Source: an archaeon (GTDB lineage Archaea; Iainarchaeota; Iainarchaeia; Iainarchaeales; CSSED10-239). Taken from it: a stretch of 9,757 bases of DNA. This document shows positions 1 to 6,437 of the stretch, in pieces (within the stretch, counting starts at the first letter, position 1; the number at the start of each line of letters is the position of its first letter). The notes under the pieces are model-generated. The model had not been told where the DNA came from. It ran no database searches and worked only from the letters and a program-made list of their open reading frames with translations. The position numbers were made by a program, and so were the translations under genes. The stretch covers positions 1-9,757 of the forward strand of contig DAOOUC010000018.1 in assembly GCA_035390665.1 (NCBI GenBank), in the 5' to 3' direction.

Positions 1-243
1 ATTTATCGCAACAGGATATGCCCTCCAAATCCAAAAATTTATAACCCCATTTACATTGCCTAAATATTGATTACACTTTATCAAACCATTATCATTTAAA
101 TAATTAAATGCATTATTAATTCTATTCGCCTCCCAGTTTGTTTCATCAATTATCATTTGTGTACCTATTGGTCTTGTACTGTCTTTTATTTGCGAGTTAT
201 AAATATATAGCAATAACTCTCCTGCATCAGATTGAATTGTCAT
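1..243 (-). CDS. Partial CDS (N-terminus only, runs off left edge); winged-helix/HTH-like protein, possible transcriptional regulator
   Basis: Not in the ORF track. Reverse complement from ATG at 243..241 is open for 81 codons to the edge: MTIQSDAGELLLYIYNSQIKDSTRPIGTQMIIDETNWEANRINNAFNYLNDNGLIKCNQYLGNVNGVINFWIWRAYPVAIN. The 'D/E-x-x-W-x-x-x-R-I/V-x-x-A-x-x-Y-L-x-x-x-G-L-I' pattern is typical of winged-helix recognition regions. Purine-rich GGGGGC lies just upstream of the ATG. Confidence 0.55.
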   Translation of the reverse strand, partial: MTIQSDAGELLLYIYNSQIKDSTRPIGTQMIIDETNWEANRINNAFNYLNDNGLIKCNQYLGNVNGVINFWIWRAYPVAIN

Positions 244-265
244 TTTATGCCCCCATTCAATAATT

Positions 266-287
266 ACCTTAATTCAAATTAAGGTAT
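266..287. promoter_or_regulatory. Perfect inverted repeat TACCTTAATT-CA-AATTAAGGTA, candidate operator of the leftward regulator gene
   Basis: 10-bp arms with a 2-nt spacer, 23 nt upstream of the ATG at 243 and directly downstream (minus-strand sense) of an AT-rich TATA-like stretch TAATATATATACC. Confidence 0.5.
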
Positions 288-316
288 ATATATTAGGGGT
301 GCCCAGAGGTAGTCAT

Positions 317-340
317 TTTCGGGGGGGTAGCTGTCCAATG
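317..340 (+). repeat. Left copy of imperfect direct repeat flanking the R-M pair (TTTCGGGGGGGTAGCTGTCCAATG)
   Basis: Aligns to 2372..2393 TTTCGAGGGTAGTTGTCCAGTG with 3 substitutions and a 2-nt gap. Confidence 0.45.
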
Positions 341-369
341 GGAATTTTTGTGAATTCGCTAAATTCCCA
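339..369. repeat. Inverted repeat / potential hairpin (TGGGAATTT ... AAATTCCCA)
   Basis: 9-bp perfect arms 339..347 and 361..369 with a 13-nt loop. An outer CGGGG (320..324) / CCCCG (370..374) pairing could extend the structure. Confidence 0.5.
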
Positions 370-456
370 CCCCGAGTCTCAAAAACACAAAATTAATGAG
401 GTTTTTATTTGTTTTGTCGCAAATATTTTTAATTAACTAACCAATTCGGTGATTAA

Positions 457-1158
457 ATGGTATTAGGGTTAAATAAAGGGCACAAATATGAGGATTTCAT
501 ATTTGATAGACTTGAAAAATTAAATTTAATGTATCCTGGGACTAAGAAAGAAGGTATGGCTGGGGGAGTTGATTCCATATTCTGTCATAATGGAAAGCCT
601 TATTCTTTGGAAATTAAAGATGGATTAGAAGCAGATTATGGGCAAAAAAAATTTAATTGGGATAATACAAATGGTTGGGACTGGTCAGTACATGATGAAG
701 TAACTGATTTTTACACAGGTCTTGGAGTTCTTTCATATGTGCAAGAAAAAAAAATTAAACCTAATCGCTATTTAAAAGAAAAATCTAAAATCACTTATGG
801 AGACGCTAAAGAAGATCAAACGAAATTTGAAGATAGAACGTTTGAAGTAACCGCTGATGCATTGTGGAAGTATTACTCGGCTAAAAATGTACATTATATT
901 CAAGTTGGAAAAGGATATGGTTTTTATCATCTTGATAAAGATATTGCAAAGCTTGGAACCCCGCAATTTAATTGCAGCTACATTTTAAGATTTAGGGCAA
1001 AATATCATGATAGAACAGATCGCCAACATAAAACATATTTGCCGACCCCCTGGAACTATAGTTTTTTTGCAGTACTAAAAGTTAAAACTAAACCAATACC
1101 ATCTAAATATAATATAGAAAAAAGTGACGGACAAGAATTACCACCAATAAATCCTTAA
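457..1158 (+). CDS. Putative type II restriction endonuclease, PD-(D/E)XK-like
   Basis: ORF 233 aa; GGTGAT ribosome-binding-like motif upstream. 'AGGVDSIFCHNGKPYSLEIKDG' fits a G-x-D...(x)...L-E-I-K nuclease motif. Stops 10 bp from the stop of a convergent m5C methyltransferase. The restriction role rests on the motif plus this context. Confidence 0.6.
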   Translation: MVLGLNKGHKYEDFIFDRLEKLNLMYPGTKKEGMAGGVDSIFCHNGKPYSLEIKDGLEADYGQKKFNWDNTNGWDWSVHDEVTDFYTGLGVLSYVQEKKIKPNRYLKEKSKITYGDAKEDQTKFEDRTFEVTADALWKYYSAKNVHYIQVGKGYGFYHLDKDIAKLGTPQFNCSYILRFRAKYHDRTDRQHKTYLPTPWNYSFFAVLKVKTKPIPSKYNIEKSDGQELPPINP

Positions 1159-1168
1159 TATTAGTGGA

Positions 1169-2299
1169 TTATTCTTGCTTTTTATAGTTAAATGCGTGTT
1201 TTCTTACATGCATTATCTTTGTAGCCGGTTCTTTTACTTTTTCTTTAAGTTTATCCGTTTCTAAAATGGATTTGCCCAGCGCTTTAGCCAATAAAGGGGG
1301 AACCGCATTACCTATTTGTCTCCACTGTTGAGAAACAGTCCCTTCAAAAATAAAATCATTTGGAAAACTTTGAATCGCCGCTGCTTCTCTCGCAGTAATA
1401 AATCTATTTTCTATTGGATGATAATAAGAATATCTCCCAGTCATTATTGTAGGGGATGGTTCAGATCTATTTAATCGTTGATATTTTGTTTGCCTAAATC
1501 TACCTTCATCTATTTTTTCCCAATCTACATCCAACCTAAGTTCTTTTGGTAAATAACTTAATTCATCCTTTTGATATCTTATTCCACAACCTTCTGGAAT
1601 ATATTTAATTCTTTTTAAGTCAATATCTTTTGTTATTTCTGCAGATTTTAAATCGTGATTATTTATTTTTGAACAATTATTAAAATTAGCAAACGCCTCC
1701 CCAACTGTTTTAGCGGGTTTGTCGTTATAATCAAATATTTGAATTGGCCATTTTATTTCATAACCCAATCTATTTCCTAGAAATATCGTTCGCCTTCTTC
1801 TTTCGGGGACTCCATAATGGCTAGCAGTAAGAACTCTTGGTTCTATATGATATCCTAATTTTTCAAATTCTGAAATTATCCCATCTGATATGTTCTGATT
1901 TTTTTTACTTACCATACCGGTAACATTTTCTAAAAGAATATATTCAGGATTAATTTTAGAAACGATTCTTACAAATTCTTTAAATAAAAAATTTCTGGGG
2001 TCATCTGGATTCCCTTTTCCTACTGTCGACATACCTTGACATGGTGGACCACCACAAACTAATTTTATTTCTTTATCCCCAATAATTTGTTCCAGTTTTT
2101 CGGAAGTTAATTTAGAAATATCTTCTGCAAAGACACTTGATTTAGGGTGATTTTTCTTAAAAGTATTTATCGCAGATTTATCATTATCTACTCCTAAAAC
2201 ACATGACAATCCAGCCATTTCTAAGCCTTTAGAAAGACCTCCTGCCCCACAAAAGAGATCAATAAAATAAAATTCATCTCCTTTATTATTTTTAATCAT
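1169..2299 (-). CDS. DNA (cytosine-5)-methyltransferase, type II R-M modification enzyme
   Basis: ORF 376 aa with m5C MTase motifs in order: I 'DLFCGAGGLSKG', IV 'GGPPCQG', VI 'ENV', VIII 'RRRRT', IX 'REAAAIQSFP', X 'QIGNAVPP'. Confidence 0.96.
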   Translation of the reverse strand: MIKNNKGDEFYFIDLFCGAGGLSKGLEMAGLSCVLGVDNDKSAINTFKKNHPKSSVFAEDISKLTSEKLEQIIGDKEIKLVCGGPPCQGMSTVGKGNPDDPRNFLFKEFVRIVSKINPEYILLENVTGMVSKKNQNISDGIISEFEKLGYHIEPRVLTASHYGVPERRRRTIFLGNRLGYEIKWPIQIFDYNDKPAKTVGEAFANFNNCSKINNHDLKSAEITKDIDLKRIKYIPEGCGIRYQKDELSYLPKELRLDVDWEKIDEGRFRQTKYQRLNRSEPSPTIMTGRYSYYHPIENRFITAREAAAIQSFPNDFIFEGTVSQQWRQIGNAVPPLLAKALGKSILETDKLKEKVKEPATKIMHVRKHAFNYKKQE

Positions 2300-2371
2300 A
2301 TTTTATCAATATTTCATAATCTATTTAAAATTGGATTTTAATATAATATAGAATTTATTTGTTTATATAGC

Positions 2372-2393
2372 TTTCGAGGGTAGTTGTCCAGTG
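2372..2393 (+). repeat. Right copy of imperfect direct repeat flanking the R-M pair (TTTCGAGGGTAGTTGTCCAGTG)
   Basis: See 317..340. Lies between the MTase start and the Nudix stop codon. Confidence 0.45.
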
Positions 2394-2399
2394 CAAAAA

Positions 2400-2909
2400 T
2401 TAAATTTTTACAATAAAATGTTTAATTGCTTCTCTAAAGGTGGGGGCAAAAGATTCTGGGTTTTTGTTTATTTCTTCTTTGATTTCTTCTAAACTGAAAT
2501 CTTTAAAGTATTGAATTTCTTCTGGATTTGGAGTAAACTGACTTGAAGAGATTTCTTCTTTTGTGGTGTATACTTTAAAAAAAGCTTTATAGTGGTCTTG
2601 ATGATAAAAGAAAGAACATATTTCTTCTAGTTCTAAACTTATCCCTACTTCTTCTATTGATTCTCTTATTGCAGCTTCTAGATATGATTCTCCTGCTAAG
2701 GCTTTTCCACCAATACAACAAATCCAAGTGTCTGGAAATGGTTCTTGTGTTTTTGACCTTTTAGAAAGAATAAACCTATTATTAAAAGTTCTTGGAATAA
2801 CCAAAGAACATCTATGTATGAACATCTTTTTCTTTAACTCTGATTTTGGATGAACAGCTATTATGTTACCATTAATGTCTAGCTCTTCAATTTGTTCTTC
2901 TAATGACAT
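2400..2909 (-). CDS. Nudix hydrolase
   Basis: Nudix box 'G-KALAG-E-SYLEAAI-RE-SI-EE-VG-I' fits GX5EX7REUXEEXGU, with Ser at the first U position. The track extends to a TTG at 2918; the ATG at 2909 (MSLEEQ) is a likely alternative start. Confidence 0.9.
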   Translation of the reverse strand: MSLEEQIEELDINGNIIAVHPKSELKKKMFIHRCSLVIPRTFNNRFILSKRSKTQEPFPDTWICCIGGKALAGESYLEAAIRESIEEVGISLELEEICSFFYHQDHYKAFFKVYTTKEEISSSQFTPNPEEIQYFKDFSLEEIKEEINKNPESFAPTFREAIKHFIVKI

Positions 2910-3035
2910 AAAAATCAAGAATTATTATTTTCCGGGCTTTCCCCAATATTCATTATACTTTTCTATTGAAAACCTTACTTCATTTTTTTTAAGTTTCTAA
3001 ATTAATGCTTTTTCTAAATCTATATTGTTTCTATT

Positions 3036-3800
3036 TCAATTTATTATAATTACATCATCAATATCTGCAATTTTTTTGTTATTATAATATATAGAAACTC
3101 TTACAATATAGTTACCTGCCGAGGTTATTTTAATTGGACCCTGGTCTGTGCCAATTATAAGAATTGTATCTGTTTCACTAAAATCATCATATCCGGCTAA
3201 TGCAACAGAATACATTTGTTCGTCTTCAGGATACATATAATCTACTAAAATATTATTTATCTTAGAATCATATGAGTGAATCAATTTGTTATTTAAATAA
3301 ACGCTGGATTTCGTAAGGAATTTATCTAAATCTAATTTTGTACATCCTGAATTTTCTATATATATGGGATAATAATATATCCAGCCTTCATTTAATGAAG
3401 GATAATATTTATATATATTAGATTTGTCTAAAAATTGATTTTTTTCAAAAGCATTATATATAGATATCTTTTCATAATTTTTATTTTCTAATTTTGCACA
3501 AAAAGCATCATTAATTATATTTTTTTGACTATCTAAATATGATATTATATTATCACATTCTTCTTGGTTGTTTTTAATATCTCCATTAAAACATTGAAAT
3601 TTATAAATCGGCTTATCAATATAAATCTTATTCTCAACTTCTTTAGTTTTATATTCAATTTTTGCAGGACATGTTGAGCAATTTAATTCTGGGCAATTAC
3701 AATCTTTATTTAATATAGAAAATAAGATTATAAAAAATATTAAAATACCTACAATTAATGGAATACCCCACCAAGTTTTAAACCAATTATTTTTATTCAT
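3036..3800 (-). CDS. Single-pass membrane-anchored protein with Cys-rich juxtamembrane segment, function unknown
   Basis: ORF 254 aa; N-terminal hydrophobic segment 'WWGIPLIVGILIFFIILFSIL' followed by 'CNCPELNCSTCPA' and an extracytoplasmic-looking domain. ATG with AAAGGAAA upstream. Confidence 0.75.
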   Translation of the reverse strand: MNKNNWFKTWWGIPLIVGILIFFIILFSILNKDCNCPELNCSTCPAKIEYKTKEVENKIYIDKPIYKFQCFNGDIKNNQEECDNIISYLDSQKNIINDAFCAKLENKNYEKISIYNAFEKNQFLDKSNIYKYYPSLNEGWIYYYPIYIENSGCTKLDLDKFLTKSSVYLNNKLIHSYDSKINNILVDYMYPEDEQMYSVALAGYDDFSETDTILIIGTDQGPIKITSAGNYIVRVSIYYNNKKIADIDDVIIIN

Positions 3801-3819
3801 ATATTTTTCCTTTTATATT

Positions 3820-4416
3820 TTATAACCAATGTTTCTTTACCCAATTAATTATTTTTTCTTTTAAATAAAATTCCATATATAATACAAATCCAATTAGGAA
3901 TATTATGGAAATTGGAATAAATATCTTAAATACAGAAACCATTCCCATATATAAAAAAATAAAAACTAGAATAAAGAATAGTGTGGCTAAACAACCATAA
4001 GCTCCCCATATCCAAAAAGAAATTATACTTTCTTCTTCAATTTTCTTTTTTTTAGAACAACTTATATAATGTTTAGTAAGTAATTTTTCTGACACAAACT
4101 TAAATTCACAATATTTACACACAAAGTTTGATTCTCGTATCTTTGTATTTACTTCTGGAACTTCCTCATTTTTATCAGAAATAAGCCCTAAATCTAATTC
4201 TATATCTTCTATCTTTGAATTTAATATTATTGATCTTACTATTCCTACAATTAAAACCACAAATGCTATAATCCATTCTAAACTGAATTCAATTCTCAAA
4301 TTTTTAAAAGTAAATAACGGTACAAATAATAAAATAAGTATTGCAATTATAACCATTATGGCATTACCTAATCGTTGATTTTTTAACAATTTTAATTTTT
4401 GTTCAGATTTATTCAA
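3820..4416 (-). CDS. Multi-pass membrane protein with a cytosolic-type C2HC zinc-finger-like motif, function unknown
   Basis: ORF 198 aa; hydrophobic pairs on both sides of 'FVCKYCEFKFVSEKLLTKHYISCSKKKK' (C-x2-C-x12-H-x3-C). Starts at TTG with GGTG upstream. Confidence 0.7.
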   Translation of the reverse strand: MNKSEQKLKLLKNQRLGNAIMVIIAILILLFVPLFTFKNLRIEFSLEWIIAFVVLIVGIVRSIILNSKIEDIELDLGLISDKNEEVPEVNTKIRESNFVCKYCEFKFVSEKLLTKHYISCSKKKKIEEESIISFWIWGAYGCLATLFFILVFIFLYMGMVSVFKIFIPISIIFLIGFVLYMEFYLKEKIINWVKKHWL

Positions 4417-4460
4417 AACAACACCTTTTTTTATAAAATATTATATTAGAATGTATATTT

Positions 4461-5483
4461 TTATATTCGTATTAATTCTTTTAACCCGTTTCTGTCTATT
4501 AATTTAATATTATTTGAATGAGCTAATTTCATTGCTGGTTTTGAAAAATAATTGTTTGTAATAACAACCCCTTCATCAGCAGAATAATGCTTTACTGCGG
4601 CAACAATTTCTTGTACTGCTTTTTCTCCCACAGTATTTGACCAACATTTTGCTTGAATTACTGTTTTTTTACCATATTTTTCTAAAACTAAATCTGCACC
4701 ATAATCTGTTGATTTTGGAGTATCTTTAACAGAATATCCTTTCTTTTTATAGATTTCAATTAATAGATTTTCAAAATCTACACCAGATAATAAATCAATT
4801 CTTTCTAATGTTATAGATTTATTTGGTGTTTTATATTTTTCATCTAAATATTTTAATTTTTGGTTTTTAGAATAGTCATTAATATCTAATAATATATCCG
4901 ATTGTTCTTTAAATATTTTCTTACTTTTTAAATATTCTTTAAAAATACAAAGCAACATTTCATTTTTTTCATTTGGATAATTCAGATCAACATATGTACC
5001 TAAATAAGAATTATAATTGCTTTTAATAGATTTACTTAATTGATTGAACATCTCTTTTTGCATTTTAGAGTTTATTTCTAATATAATTATATCTTTTAAA
5101 TCACTATCTGATAAATTCACTCCTTTGCTTTCTAATAATTGAGACAAATCTTCTATTTTAGCCTCTGGAAACCCCCTTTTATTTATATAATCGTTATAAT
5201 TTACTTCTTGCGATATGAAATTAGAAATAATCTTTTTTGTAGAATTATTAAGAGTTTCATAATTATTAATTAATTTCTGGTTTTTCTTTTCGGCTATGTC
5301 CAAGTTAAAATATAACATTGCAAGATAAGTTATTAAGAGAATTAAAAACAAGCTAAATACAATAATACTCGCCGAAGAAAGAACAAAAAAAGTTATTAAT
5401 ACAGATAATGCGACTGCCTTTAATTTTTTGTCTTGCGTTTTCCAAGATTTTCTTATTTTATTAAAAAAATTACTCGTAATCAT
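4461..5483 (-). CDS. Membrane-anchored Mrr-type restriction endonuclease-like protein
   Basis: ORF 340 aa; N-terminal hydrophobic hairpin 'AVALSVLITFFVLSSASIIVFSLFLILLITYLAMLYF'; C-terminal Mrr-cat-like domain 'LSGVDFENLLIEIYKKKGYSV...DYGADLVLEKYGKKTVIQAKCW...VGEKAVQEIVAAVKHYSADEGVVITNNYFSKPAMKLAHSNNIKLIDRNGL' with D...QxK catalytic pattern. Confidence 0.88.
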   Translation of the reverse strand: MITSNFFNKIRKSWKTQDKKLKAVALSVLITFFVLSSASIIVFSLFLILLITYLAMLYFNLDIAEKKNQKLINNYETLNNSTKKIISNFISQEVNYNDYINKRGFPEAKIEDLSQLLESKGVNLSDSDLKDIIILEINSKMQKEMFNQLSKSIKSNYNSYLGTYVDLNYPNEKNEMLLCIFKEYLKSKKIFKEQSDILLDINDYSKNQKLKYLDEKYKTPNKSITLERIDLLSGVDFENLLIEIYKKKGYSVKDTPKSTDYGADLVLEKYGKKTVIQAKCWSNTVGEKAVQEIVAAVKHYSADEGVVITNNYFSKPAMKLAHSNNIKLIDRNGLKELIRI

Positions 5484-5525
5484 TTAAATCACATACAATA
5501 AATTTATTAGATTTATAGTCTGAAT

Positions 5526-5555
5526 CTCTTTAAAAATACTACTTTTACCACAGAA
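5526..5555 (-). repeat. 30-nt repeat, copy 1, between nucleotidyltransferase and Mrr-like gene; may contain the promoter of the Mrr-like gene
   Basis: Plus strand CTCTTTAAAAATACTACTTTTACCACAGAA; 28/30 identical to 8683..8712. Confidence 0.7.
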
Positions 5556-5560
5556 TCTAC

Positions 5561-6385
5561 TTACTTTATACTCTTTCTTACTTCTTGATAGAGCTTATTG
5601 GCTTTCGTCATTTTCTTTTTTATGTCTGCTAGAGAAGAAATCTTGTAAAGGTCTTCTAGTTGCTCTAATATTGCGCGCGAGCCCGAGCGAAACCGGCTCT
5701 TTGGGATGTTATCTTTGGAGATGCCGGAAAGATGATAACCAGATTTGGTTGGAGTGTATCTAAGCCTAATAAGCTCTACTAATGGAATTAATATGTATTT
5801 CTGATATGCAGCAAAGGATTGAAGAAAATGATTACGATTTATTTCTTTTTCTACCCAAACTTGAAAGAAACTATTGGGCGCGAGAACCATTGCGCGCGAG
5901 CTGAGCGAAACCGGCTCACCGAAACCGGCTCTATCTAAAGCTTTTATTTTTTCTTCTGTGTCTTTCTTTAACTTTTTCTTGTCTAGTTTCTTAAACTTAA
6001 TAACTTTTGTTTTATCAAAAATAATAGAAACCTTTTCATCCTCATAACCAGAAGTATACCAAAAGACACGAGAGTGTTTTTCTATACATACATCTATTAC
6101 AAGAAACTTAGAACTTCCCTTTAAATGATAAAACTTTTGCCTAATCTTTGGATGACTATGTTCTTTTTCAAAAGAATAATCAATATTTCCTATATTTTCT
6201 AATAGCTTCTCTATTTTCTTAAATGCTTTAGATACATAATTATCTTCTACATCTATCCATATATCAATATCTGAGTATTTATCTACTCTACCATGAGCAT
6301 CTGCACCTTCAAGCCAACAAGCATAGACTTTTGGGTCCTTTTCTAGTTCTTTAAGGCTAGAGATTATGGTTTTACGAGATATCAT
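5561..6385 (-). CDS. Nucleotidyltransferase-fold protein (DNA polymerase beta-like / antibiotic nucleotidyltransferase-like)
   Basis: ORF 274 aa; 'WLEGADAHGRVDKYSDIDIWID' matches the G-(S/A)-x-A-x-G-x(5)-SDID catalytic signature, with further acidic 'LVIDVCIE'. AGGAGAT ribosome-binding site upstream of the ATG. Confidence 0.85.
   Translation of the reverse strand: MISRKTIISSLKELEKDPKVYACWLEGADAHGRVDKYSDIDIWIDVEDNYVSKAFKKIEKLLENIGNIDYSFEKEHSHPKIRQKFYHLKGSSKFLVIDVCIEKHSRVFWYTSGYEDEKVSIIFDKTKVIKFKKLDKKKLKKDTEEKIKALDRAGFGEPVSLSSRAMVLAPNSFFQVWVEKEINRNHFLQSFAAYQKYILIPLVELIRLRYTPTKSGYHLSGISKDNIPKSRFRSGSRAILEQLEDLYKISSLADIKKKMTKANKLYQEVRKSIK
5670..5699 (-). repeat. GC-rich hairpin-forming repeat unit inside the nucleotidyltransferase ORF (copy A)
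   Basis: ATTGCGCGCGAGCCCGAGCGAAACCGGCTC; near-identical to 5889..5917. Confidence 0.85.
5873..5931 (-). repeat. GC-rich compound repeat inside the nucleotidyltransferase ORF (copy B plus partial units)
   Basis: 59 nt, about 64% GC by hand count. Contains ATTGGGCGCGAGAACC, then ATTGCGCGCGAGCTGAGCGAAACCGGCTC (5889..5917), then ACCGAAACCGGCTC. Confidence 0.85.
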
Positions 6386-6437
6386 ATACTATCTCCTATA
6401 AGAAATATTTAATAACTCTTTTGTTTCTAGGTTATTT

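Noticed and set aside
320-374. Possible tRNA (GGGGGGGTAGCTGTCCAA resembles a D-arm start)
   Set aside because: No T-arm GGTTCGAATCC-like sequence, no plausible anticodon arm and no acceptor stem of proper length.
772-966. 64-aa minus-strand ORF
   Set aside because: Fully antisense inside the endonuclease gene, no recognisable motif, low-complexity hydrophobic translation; likely chance.
4461-5483. Mrr-like gene as the restriction partner of the m5C methyltransferase
   Set aside because: It is more than 2 kb away on the other side of a Nudix gene, while a better candidate endonuclease is immediately convergent with the methyltransferase.
5561-6385. Nucleotidyltransferase as part of a MNT/HEPN toxin-antitoxin pair
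   Set aside because: The protein is much longer than minimal MntA antitoxins, and no adjacent gene has a HEPN R-x4-6-H signature that I can identify; the neighbours are HAD and Mrr-like genes.
5561-6385. GC-rich repeats as sequencing or assembly artefact
   Set aside because: The two copies differ from each other, and the 274-aa frame stays open through both with sensible C-terminal sequence beyond. Read mapping would still be a worthwhile check.
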